Position numbers and translations under genes: made by a program. A model generated the notes under the pieces. That model ran no database searches. It was not told where the DNA came from and saw only the letters and a list, made by a program, of their open reading frames with translations. Of a DNA stretch of 64,000 nt, positions 52,626 to 61,609 are shown piece after piece. Origin of the DNA: Candidatus Eiseniibacteriota bacterium (lineage in GTDB: Bacteria; Eisenbacteria; RBG-16-71-46); contig CAVZLN010000008.1 in assembly GCA_963776245.1 (NCBI GenBank), positions 224,001 through 288,000 on the forward strand, given 5' to 3'. The stretch's first letter is position 1. Every line of letters begins with the position of its first letter.

Positions 52626-53631
52626 TCACGTCGCGTCCTCGGTGGCCTGACCCAGCGACGCCAGCGACAGCCCCTCGCGATTCAGGTAGACCAGGCCCAC
52701 GACGGTGATCGGCAGCCACTGGCTCGCGAGGTAGAACCACGAGAACGCCGCCGCCGGGCCCGGGGACACCTTGAACAGCGCGAGCCCCGCCACGCACGCC
52801 GCATTGAGCGGGCCGACGTAGCCGGGCGCCGACGGCACCATGATGCCGATGGCTGTGACCACCAGCATGAGCAGCGCGACGTCCCAGCCCGAGCAGGATG
52901 TCGAGCGACCACAGGCTCAGCCAGATGGCGAACGCGTACACCAGGAACATGCCGAACGAGAGCGACAGCACCACCGCCAGCCGCCGGACGTCGCGGAACA
53001 GCCCGAGTCCCTCGATGAACTGGTCCAGCAGGTGCTGCACCTTGGCGCGCGGGCGGGCGGGCAATGGACGGGTGATCAGCCCGACGAAGCCATGCGCCAG
53101 CCGCGGACTGCGCTCGAGCAGGACGATGAACACCGTGAGCGTGGCGCTCAGGATGACCAGCAGCAGCGCGCCCTTCTGCAGCAGCTGCGCGGCGGCGGTC
53201 TCGGTCGAGATCGGGTGCACGAACAGCGCGACGCCGAGCAGGGCCAGCAGCGTGAGCATGTCGATGGCCCGCTCCACCACGATGGTGGCGAGCAGCATCG
53301 TCTTCGACAGCCCCTCGCGCCGCGCCAGCGCCCATGGCCGCACGAACTCCCCGAGCCGCAGCGGCAGCACCATGTTCGCCATGAATCCGATCATGGTGGA
53401 GCTGAACAGACTGTCGCCGGAGATGCGCCGCGGCGCGGCGATCAGCAGTCGCCAGCGCATCGCCCTCACCCAGAAGCCGAAGATGGTGAGCGCCATGGTG
53501 CCCACGAATCCGAGGTAGTTGGCCTCGCGCAGGACGTGCATCATCTCGGACAGCGAGACGTGGCGCATGGCCAGCCAGACGCACACGACCGAGACCACCA
53601 GCGCGATCAGGATGTTGAGCCATCGCTTCAC
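52626..53631 (-). CDS. Lysylphosphatidylglycerol-synthase TM-domain (UPF0104/AglD2-like) flippase-type protein (frameshift near 52890)
   Basis: RAMRW, ANMVLPLRLGEFVR, VVERAID, PSAPGYVG. Confidence 0.8.
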
Positions 53632-54005
53632 TGGGTCCCCCTGTCCGTGGACGCCGCCCGCAGTTCCTCGAGCTCGCGCCGCACCAGCGCCAATTCGCGG
53701 ATGGTCTCCGCATGGTCGCGCCCGATCCGCGTCAGGCGCACCGAGAGATACAGCAGCATCGTGGTGCCGAAGGCCAGCCCGACCAGGAACACCATGCTGC
53801 TCTCGTAGAGGATCCCGAGGGCGTGGGTCAGGCCGCGCAGGGCGGGGGTCCAGAATCCGAGCACCGCCGCGACGGCGCTCGAGACCATCCACAGGAACGA
53901 GTACTCCTCGGCCAGCCGGCGACGTCGTACCAGCTCGAGCACGACGAGCGCGAGCGCCATCGCGCCGACCGCCGTGATGACCTGGGTCCTCGACAGGAAG
54001 TCCAT
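53628..54005 (-). CDS. DUF2304 family small membrane protein
   Basis: GGAGG RBS; LVRRRRLAEEYSFLW, LGILY, coiled-coil tail RELAL. Confidence 0.8.
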   Translation of the reverse strand: MDFLSRTQVITAVGAMALALVVLELVRRRRLAEEYSFLWMVSSAVAAVLGFWTPALRGLTHALGILYESSMVFLVGLAFGTTMLLYLSVRLTRIGRDHAETIRELALVRRELEELRAASTDRGTQ

Positions 54006-54022
54006 CGGCCCCTCCTCCGCGG

Positions 54023-54727
54023 TCAGTCGCGCCGCGTCAACAGCGCCATCAGCGATGCGAGCAGGTTCTTGTACGGGTAGTAGAGCTGCTTCCCCAGCGT
54101 GTAGAACGATCGTCCGGCGGTCCGCTCGCGCATCTCCACCGGGACCTCGCACAATCGGAATCCCCGGCGGGCGAGCGCGATCAGCAGCGGCGCGTCCGGG
54201 AAGTCCGCCGGGAAGTCGTACTGGCAGACCTCCATGACCGCGCGCCCGTACGCTCGGAAGCCCGACGTCGTGTCGGCGATCCGGCCGCCCGCCGCGAGAC
54301 GTACCACCCATGCGAACAGCACCATCCCCGCGCGGCGCAGCGGCGGCGCATGGTACGCGGTGTGGGCCACGTAGCGCGAGCCGATGCACACGTCGGCCCG
54401 GCCGGCGAGCACCGGTTCCGCCACCGCCTCGAGCGCGGCGGCCGGATGCTGGCCGTCGGCGTCGAACTGCACCGCCACATCGTAACCGTGCTCGACCGCG
54501 TAGCGAAAGCCGGTCTGCAGTGCGGCGCCGACCCCGAGGTTGACCGCATGCCGCAGGACCACGACGCCCTGCTCCCGGGCCACCCGGCCGGTGCCATCGC
54601 GCGAGCCGTCGTCGACCACCAGCACCACCGCACCGGGCACCGCGCGTCGCAGCTCGCCGAGGGTCGTGGTCAGGCTGGCCTCCTCGTTGAGCGCGGGGAC
54701 GATCACCAGAAGCGGGGCGGCGTTCAT
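54023..54727 (-). CDS. GT2, DPM1-like
   Basis: VPALNEE, VDDGSRD, NLGVGAALQTGFRYA, FDADGQHP, DTTSGFR. Confidence 0.9.
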   Translation of the reverse strand: MNAAPLLVIVPALNEEASLTTTLGELRRAVPGAVVLVVDDGSRDGTGRVAREQGVVVLRHAVNLGVGAALQTGFRYAVEHGYDVAVQFDADGQHPAAALEAVAEPVLAGRADVCIGSRYVAHTAYHAPPLRRAGMVLFAWVVRLAAGGRIADTTSGFRAYGRAVMEVCQYDFPADFPDAPLLIALARRGFRLCEVPVEMRERTAGRSFYTLGKQLYYPYKNLLASLMALLTRRD

Positions 54728-56278
54728 GCCGGCCGCCGCACGAACGAGCGTGCCATCGCCAGGACGAGAGCCCGCGATCGGTGGAGCAGCTCATTGGCCA
54801 GCGGGACGCCTTCGAGCTTCTCGAGGTCGTAGCGCACCACCAACCCCGCCGCGCCCGCCGCCCCGATGGCGAGCGGCACCAGCAGGATGCGCACGGCCAG
54901 GCTCAGCGGCCAGCGGGAGCAGCAGGGCCGCGAGCGCCAGCGCGACCAGCAGGAGCATCAGCGCGCCGCTCACCACGACCGTGCGGGTGCGGGCGGCGGC
55001 GCCCTCGGGCATGAGGCGCGCGAGCACGATGAGCGCGGCGAGGTAGGCGACCACGGCACCCCCCAGATTGGCCCAGGCCGCCCCCGCGATGCCGAGCATC
55101 GGCACCAGCAGGAAATAGGAGCCGAACTCCGCCGCGAACTTCGCCAGCGCGAGCCCGAGCACGGTGCCGGGGCGCCGCATGGCCTGGTACAGCATGGTGA
55201 TGGGCTGTTGCGCGATACGCAACGCCGGGACCAGCGCCAGCACGCGCAGCAGCGGGATGGCCGGCTCGAACAGCGGACTTCCCACCAGCAGCGTGATCTC
55301 GCGTGCGAAGGTGAACAACCCGAACGACAACGCGCACCCGGCCACCTGGATGAGCCGGTGCGCCTGGTGGAACACGTCCCGCAGCCGCTCGCGCTCCCCG
55401 CGCGCCACGAGATGCGTGAACGACGGCAGCAACGCCGACGGAAGCGTCTGGATCAGCTCGACCAGACGTTCGACGGTCTGGAACGCGAACGCGAAATAGC
55501 CCACCTGCGTGGCGTCGAACAGCTTCCCGAGGATGATCTTCGAGAGGTTCTGGCCCGAGGTGAACGTGATCCGGGCGCCCAGCAGCGGGAGGCAGTACGC
55601 GAACATCGACCGGAGCAGCGGCGCTCGCCGGCCCTCGGGCGGCTCGCCCGGCACCGGTCGCAGGAACCACATCGGCACCAGGATCGAGGCGAGGCCCTGG
55701 GCCACGGTCAGCACGGTGAGCCCGACCGCGAGGGACATCAGTCCGTGCTGCGTGTACCACAGCAGTCCGACCATCACGGTCTTGGCGATGTGGAAGACGA
55801 CCGCGATGAGCGTCATCGGGCGGAATCGCTGCATCCCGTACAGGGTCGCGCGCCCCGCGGTGGCGAAGCCGTCGAACGCCACCATCAGCGCCAGCACCGG
55901 CAGGAGCTGGCCCAGCTCCGGCATCTGGAACTGTCTCGAGAGGAACGGCGCCAGCGCCACGAGCACGATGCTGGCGAGCACACCGAGGCTGAACTTCAGC
56001 GAGAGGGCGAGGGTGAGCGAACGCCGCAGCGCGTGCTGGTCCCCGCGCGCCTGGAACTCGGCGGCGTAACGTTCGAGGAACACCTCGAAGTTGCCGGTCG
56101 CCAGCGCGGCGAGCCCGGAGGAGGCGAGGGCGACGGAGATGATGCCGTACTTGGTGGGGCCCATCCAGCGCATCAGCAGGGCGACGTAGGCGATGCCCGA
56201 GAGCGCCGCGGTGGCTCGCTCGATGGCAAGGTAGAACGCCCCACGCGAGATGTTGTGCGCGATCTCGCCCCGCTTCAT
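54724..56278 (-). CDS. Wzx-like flippase 3 (frameshift near 3' end)
   Basis: MOP-type polytopic; RWMGPTKYG, QVGYF, LLPSF; hydrophobic tail continues in another frame to TGA overlapping the ATG at 54727. Confidence 0.8.
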
Positions 56279-56431
56279 CCGGCGGCCCCTCGCCGCTGGC
56301 CACCCCTCGAGTGCGCGCGCGCGCTCCGGACGCCGGTCCGGCGGGCTGCGCGCGAGCCCCGGCGCTCCATCCTCGGCGGTACGGACTCGGCGGGCATGGG
56401 TAGTGGGCGGCTCACGCGAGGGGTGGTGGAC

Positions 56432-57226
56432 TCACAGCCGGCGGTAGATGAACTCCGGGATCTCGAGCTGGCGGCGATTGAGCACCGTCCCCACCACCCG
56501 TGCCCCGGCCTTGCGCAGCAGCTCGGCCGATCGGGCCAGCACCGGTCGCTTGGTCCGGCCGGCCTGCGCCACCAGCACGGCCACGTCCGCCACCGCGGCG
56601 AGCGGGGCGGCGTCCGATGAATCGAGCACCGGAGGGCCGTCGATGACCACCCAGTCGTAGCTGCCGGAGGAGTGTTCCACCAGCTCGCGCGCCTCCGCCG
56701 GGGAATAGACGCCGGTGAGCCGCCGTTCCGCGGTCACCGGAAGGGCATGCAGGTTGATGACCACGCCGACATCGGGCCCCGGACTCATGCCGGACGCGAG
56801 CACCGGGCACCGGGCGATGCGGTGGGCGGGATCCAGCTCGATGGTGGGTCGCGAGGCGTTCGCGTCCACCAGCAGGATGTGCAGGGTGCGGTCGCGGGCG
56901 AGTGTCCCAGCGAACTGGTGGGCCACGGTGGTGGTGCCCTCGCCGCCCTGGGGTCCCTGGAAGATCACGACTCGACAGCCGCGCTCGGGCAGCGCCGACT
57001 CGAGGCCGATGCGAAGGGTGGTCATCTGCTGCACGACCTCGTCGTCGAGCGTCACCGAGAGCGCCAGCGGCGTGCCGGCTCGCGGCTCCACGGCCCGCTC
57101 GGCGTGTGCCGGACCGCCCGGGTGTCCGCCCATCGCGGGGCGGGGCGGCGGGGCGAGCGGAGGCGGGGTGGCGGGCTCGGAGCGGCCCGCCTGGGCCTTT
57201 CGCAGGGCGTCGAAGATACGGGACAT
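56432..57226 (-). CDS. CpsD/CapB-type BY-kinase-like protein (probable pseudokinase)
   Basis: MSRIFDALRKA start; P-loop GPQGGEGTTT, LLVDAN, VVIDGPP, GTVLN. Confidence 0.85.
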   Translation of the reverse strand: MSRIFDALRKAQAGRSEPATPPPLAPPPRPAMGGHPGGPAHAERAVEPRAGTPLALSVTLDDEVVQQMTTLRIGLESALPERGCRVVIFQGPQGGEGTTTVAHQFAGTLARDRTLHILLVDANASRPTIELDPAHRIARCPVLASGMSPGPDVGVVINLHALPVTAERRLTGVYSPAEARELVEHSSGSYDWVVIDGPPVLDSSDAAPLAAVADVAVLVAQAGRTKRPVLARSAELLRKAGARVVGTVLNRRQLEIPEFIYRRL

Positions 57227-57245
57227 GCGCGGATCGTCCTCGGGG

Positions 57246-58628
57246 TCAGTGGGGTTGGAGGCGGCGCCGGCGGCGCTCGCTGAGGGCGGCGAGGACGGGC
57301 ACCGAGATCGCTTCTTCGGCGTGGCTGGCCGTCCGCACCGTGATGTCGAGTCCGTCGATGAAGAAGGCGAGCCCGATGCCGACCACCAGGCTGAACGCGG
57401 GTGCGAGCGCGAGACGCACGTAATCATGCGCGTTGGTGGGGACGGCCGCCCCGGCGGGAGCCAGCAAGATGACCCGCGCACGGGCCGCCACGATCTCGTT
57501 CACGCGCGCCTGGTCGCGCTGCTGGATGAGGCCCCGGTGGCGGTCCTTGAGCATCACGATCTCGCCATCGAGGGCGGCGATATGGGCCTCGCTGGTCGGC
57601 ATGGTCTCGAGCTGGGATCGCAGGCGGGATTCCTCATGCTCGAGCGAGACCAGCCGCGATCGCAGGATCTCCGTGCGGGAGGACTGCACCTCGAGCCGGG
57701 TCTCGACCTCACGCTTCAGCATGCCGCGCAGCACGGCCAGCGTCTCCAGCGCGTTCGTCACCTCGGGGGACTCGTCGCGATAGCGCTCGCGCAACTGCGC
57801 GACGCGCGCCTCCTGATCGAGGACCTTCTGCTTGAGGTTCTGGAGCACGTCCATCCCCGACGGTATGTTGGGGATCGGCATGTCCACGTCCGGGCGCTGC
57901 TGGAGCGCGCGCATCACCCGCTCCAACGCCTGCGCCTCGGCGAGATCCGCCTCGGTCGTGACGCGCTGCTGCTGCAGGGCGGTGAGCTGGGAGACGAGCG
58001 CCCGCGTCTGCTCGGGCACGTCGGCCAGGCCGCGGTCGAGGAAGAAGCGCCGGCGGGACTCCGCGAGTCGGTCCATCTCGCTCTCGGTGCGGGCGATCTC
58101 GTCGGCGAAGAAGCCGGCGGGCCGGGCCGATCCCATCTGGTCCTCGCGATAGTCGATGTACGCCCGGATCAGCGCGTCGCACACGGCACGCGCGACCAGG
58201 GGGTCGCGGTCGCGGTACCCGATGGCGATCACGTTGCTCTTGCCCATCACCTCGACGTCCACGTTCGCGGCCTGGAGCTCCAGCGAGCGCTGCCCGCGCC
58301 CCGCCGCCTGCCGCAGGGACTGGCGCGCCCGGTCCAGCACCGGGACGCTCCTCAGCATCTGGAGCTCGCTGCCGAGATCCTGCTCCCAGTCGCTGAAGAT
58401 GCGGGGGTCGGGCTCGAGCACGCTCAATTGCTCGCCGCGCTTGAAGAGCACGCGCCCCGAGGAGATGTAGGCGATCGGGGTGGCCAGCGTGACCACCATC
58501 ACGGTCAGTGTCGTGACGAGGAACAACCCGACGATGATCCACTTGCGGCGGAACGCCACCGTGAGGAACTCGCGGGTCGTGGCCTGGGGAGCGCTGGAGA
58601 CCGAGGAGGGCGATGGATTGTCGTTCAT
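57246..58628 (-). CDS. Polysaccharide co-polymerase (Wzz/GumC-like PCP)
   Basis: Two TMs flanking a coiled-coil periplasmic region; RRKWII, YRDESPEV, C-terminal VPVLA activator segment. Confidence 0.85.
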   Translation of the reverse strand: MNDNPSPSSVSSAPQATTREFLTVAFRRKWIIVGLFLVTTLTVMVVTLATPIAYISSGRVLFKRGEQLSVLEPDPRIFSDWEQDLGSELQMLRSVPVLDRARQSLRQAAGRGQRSLELQAANVDVEVMGKSNVIAIGYRDRDPLVARAVCDALIRAYIDYREDQMGSARPAGFFADEIARTESEMDRLAESRRRFFLDRGLADVPEQTRALVSQLTALQQQRVTTEADLAEAQALERVMRALQQRPDVDMPIPNIPSGMDVLQNLKQKVLDQEARVAQLRERYRDESPEVTNALETLAVLRGMLKREVETRLEVQSSRTEILRSRLVSLEHEESRLRSQLETMPTSEAHIAALDGEIVMLKDRHRGLIQQRDQARVNEIVAARARVILLAPAGAAVPTNAHDYVRLALAPAFSLVVGIGLAFFIDGLDITVRTASHAEEAISVPVLAALSERRRRRLQPH

Positions 58629-58643
58629 GGACGCTGACGGTTC

Positions 58644-59390
58644 CTAGTGGCTCGAGGGGACCACGAAGACGCGGTCCAGGTTGAAGAGTTCCCAGCCGGT
58701 GAACGCCGTGCTGAGGATCCGCTGCGGGCCATCCAGGAACTGCTGGCAGAAGAGGCCGACGTTCCCGATGGTCGACCGGGGCACGTACACGATGTCGAAT
58801 CGTCCCACCAGCAAGTCCTCGCCGAGGTCGCCGGACTTGATGGCCCGGTCGAGTCGCAGCCGCATGACCCTCACGTTGCGCGCGCCATCGCGCCGGAACA
58901 GCAGCACGCTGTTGCGCGCCGCGTCGTTCTTGAAGCCCCCCGCGGATGTGATGGCCTGGAGCACCGTCATGAAGGGCGTGGCGGGGACCGACTGCGGGGC
59001 GCCCACCTCTCCGAGCACGTGCACCCGGTTGCCCGCCAGTTCGGCCACCTCGACCGTGAGGCGCGGGTTCCGGAAGTCGGGAGCGAGCAGCGCGAGCAGC
59101 GCCTGCTCGAGCTCGCGCGGCGTGCGTCCGGCCGCGATCACCTCGCCGACCGGGAACACGCTGATCCGGCCATCGATCCGGACGCGCGCGCTCCTCACCA
59201 GGTCGCTCGAATTGTCGGGCCGCGGCCCGAAATTGAGGTTCACGAGGTCGCCGGGGACCAGGCGGTACTCGGGGACCCGGCTCCAGTCCATGCCGGTGGA
59301 ATCGGCATCCGCCGCGCACGCCGGGAGCGCACACACGACGGCCAGGGCCTGGAGCATGGCGAACAGGGTGCGGACGGACCATCGATTCAC
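58644..59390 (-). CDS. wza: OPX polysaccharide export protein
   Basis: GTG after GGGGAGAG; signal with LPAC; YRLVPGD, VRIDGRIS, VHVLGEV, AGGF, DIVYVP. Confidence 0.88.
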   Translation of the reverse strand: MNRWSVRTLFAMLQALAVVCALPACAADADSTGMDWSRVPEYRLVPGDLVNLNFGPRPDNSSDLVRSARVRIDGRISVFPVGEVIAAGRTPRELEQALLALLAPDFRNPRLTVEVAELAGNRVHVLGEVGAPQSVPATPFMTVLQAITSAGGFKNDAARNSVLLFRRDGARNVRVMRLRLDRAIKSGDLGEDLLVGRFDIVYVPRSTIGNVGLFCQQFLDGPQRILSTAFTGWELFNLDRVFVVPSSH

Positions 59391-59405
59391 GAGTGCTCTC
59401 CCCCG

Positions 59406-59444
59406 AAGAACAAACCCCGACTCCCTGCGCATGGGGAACCGGGG
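59406..59444 (-). terminator. Intrinsic terminator/attenuator inside the wza leader
   Basis: Minus strand CCCCGGTTCCC-8 nt loop-GGGAGTCGGGG (11 bp including two G-U) then TTTGTTCTT, directly before the RBS. Confidence 0.7.
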
Positions 59445-59445
59445 G

Positions 59446-59529
59446 CATCCGCCGTGAGGCGGGCCTGTCGGGTCACCGAGCGCGGGGGACCGGCCGAACC
59501 ACCGGCCGGCGTGGGTGCATCTTTCGGAT
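59446..59529 (-). ncRNA. Candidate cis-regulatory RNA motif, copy B
   Basis: Co-linear sequence blocks and hairpins shared with 19488..19561. Confidence 0.55.
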
Positions 59530-59628
59530 CGGACGGCTGCCAACGACCCGAAGGAGTAGCAACGTGCGTCTCGGGAGACCTCCGCTTGGACCTGGAACCA
59601 CCACGAGCCGGGTGGTTTCGAGGCAAGA

Positions 59629-59658
59629 AGTATAGGGAGCCGGTTCGATCGGTGTCAA
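59629..59658 (-). promoter_or_regulatory. sigma70-type promoter for the wza operon
   Basis: TTGACA-N18-TATACT. Confidence 0.8.
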
Positions 59659-59695
59659 CCGACGAGTCCCGGCGGGGCCCTTCAGGGCTATGAGG

Positions 59696-59710
59696 GCAAG
59701 CGGCGTGCCG
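59696..59710 (-). promoter_or_regulatory. sigma54-type -24/-12 site upstream of wza
   Basis: CGGCACGCCGCTTGC (GG-N10-GC, matches TGGCACG-N4-TTGC except the first base). Confidence 0.55.
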
Positions 59711-59722
59711 CGAGGACAGGGT

Positions 59723-60669
59723 TCACCGATCGGCCAACACCGCGCCGCAGAAGAGGGGCACCATGATCTCGTGGTGCCCGGTGAGCGAGATGCCCCGGGC
59801 ACCGGGGGCCCGAGTGGGGCGTTCCACCACATTCACCCGCGGCCGGTAGTGCTGGATCTGGTCGAAGTCGAGCGTGGTCAGCCCGTCGAGGCTGGCCCCC
59901 AGGTTGCGAGCCACGGTCAGCGCCTTGAGGAAGACCTCGGGCATCACCACCGCCGAGCCGAGGTTGATCACGACCGCCCCGCGCGCCTCCGCGAGGGTGG
60001 CGGCGAGGATGCGGAAGTCGCGCAGCGACGTGGCGCCCAGCGCCGCTCCGTCGCATGCCGGATGGTAGTGGATGGTGTCGGTGCCCACCGCCACGTGCAC
60101 CGTGGCCGGGATGCCCGGCGCGTGAGGCGGCGACCAGCAGGCTCTCCCGCGCATGGGGCGGCGCGGACTCCGCGAGCGCGCGCGCCCAGCATTCGCCCAG
60201 GCCCTCGCCGCGGCGCGCGCCCTCCGCCATCGCCGCGTTCATGAAGTCCCCGGTCTCGTCGACCATGCCGAAGGTGCCCGTCTGCAGATTGGCTTCGACG
60301 TCCTCGGAGGTGCGGCCGAGGCGCGCGATCTCGACGTCATGCAGGGCGGCGGAGCCGTTCATCGCGAGATGGGTGATCACGCCTCGTTCGACCAGCTCGA
60401 TGAGACACGGGGAGACGCCGGTCTTCACCACGTGGCCACCGAGCATCGCCACCACCGGCCGCCGGTCGCGCGCGGCGGTCACCGTGCGCGCCACCGCGTC
60501 GCGCAGCGCGCGCCCGGCCAGTTGGTCGGGCAGCGCGTCGAGCAGCGCGCGCGCGGCGCCCGGGATCGAGCGGCCGGGCGAAGTCCTCGACCCGCACCCG
60601 CGTGGGCCGGCCGGCCACGGAGCCGACCGTCAGCCGCGCGAGGTCGGCCTCGCGGAAGCGCGACGTCAC
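59723..60669 (-). CDS. Conserved hypothetical protein, possibly deoxyhypusine-synthase-like fold (frameshifted)
   Basis: LGGHVVKTG, HLAMNG..HDVE, TSEDV, GTFGM, GTDTIH, NLGSAVVMPEVFLKA, GHHEIM across three ORFs. Confidence 0.7.
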
Positions 60670-61527
60670 ACGCCCGCCGCGAATTCCTGGAGGATCACGT
60701 CCACCGAGCCGATCGTCACCTTGCTCCTCATGCGCACCGGGATGCGCCGGTCGTCGGCCGTGAGCCAGATGAGCAGCCGGCCCTTGTTCTTGAAGATGCC
60801 GCCCGCCTTGAGCACCGGCTCGATCACCACGCAGTCGAAGGTCCCCGCGGGCGTCTTCATCCGGTCGCGGCCGAGGATCCGCACCTCGAGCGGAAGGCTC
60901 TTCCGGCTCGCATGATAGTCGAACACGATGCTCCCGCCGATGGGCAGCGCCTGGGTGCGCGTGTAGTAGAACGCCGAAAGCGCGTCCTGGCAACGATCGG
61001 GGATGGGGAACCGGGTGCCGTTGCGGTACAGGGCCTCGCGCTTCGGATAGTCGAAGAGGATCTCCTCCTGCACCCGGTAGCCGCCCTCGCGGCGGTTCTC
61101 GGCGTAGCGCCAGCTGAAGCGGCCGTCACGGTCCCAGGTGGACTCGATGCGATTGCGCACCTTGTAGATCAGGCTCACGAAGCCATTCGACTCCGCGCGC
61201 GCCACCAGGTGGAACGCCGGCCGGCCGCTCGTGATCGATCATCTCGGGCACCTCGAGCCACGCGGTGCCCGCGTGGGCGAACTTCCACTGCACGGAGAAG
61301 CGCAGCGATTCGCCGACGCGGATGGGCCGCTCCGGCGCGGGCAGGATCTCGTGCTGCCCCGGCGGGGGCACGAGGACGGAGGCCGCGATGTCGGTGGAGT
61401 CGGTCTCGCTCGGCACACTGTCGCCTTCGCCCCCGGCGCGCGCGGCGGGAACGATCAGCGCCATCATGAGAACCGCCGCGGCCAGGCCGCCCGGAGTCCC
61501 GCACGGCCGGGCGCGGAGCGCACGCAT
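60666..61527 (-). CDS. DUF3108 domain secreted protein (frameshift near 61225)
   Basis: Signal peptide; GESLRFSVQW, DALSAFY, TPAGTFDC, IWLTADDRRIPVR. Confidence 0.8.
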
Positions 61528-61568
61528 CCCTGTCCCCTTCGATTCGAGGCTCATGTCATGCATCAGGC

Positions 61569-61584
61569 AGCAATTCCGGTGCCC
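61569..61584 (-). promoter_or_regulatory. sigma54-type -24/-12 site upstream of DUF3108 gene
   Basis: GGGCACCGGAATTGCT (GG-N10-GC). Confidence 0.55.
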
Positions 61585-61609
61585 GGGTCCCGGGACCCGT
61601 GGGGCGGGC

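Noticed and set aside
56370..56385. GGCGGTA resembling an ops element
   Set aside because: Wrong strand for the operon and lacks the rest of GGCGGTAGnnTG
59391..59543. Upstream TTG start extending wza to 299 aa
   Set aside because: Extension runs through the terminator and RNA motif; GTG 59390 has an RBS and gives a proper signal peptide
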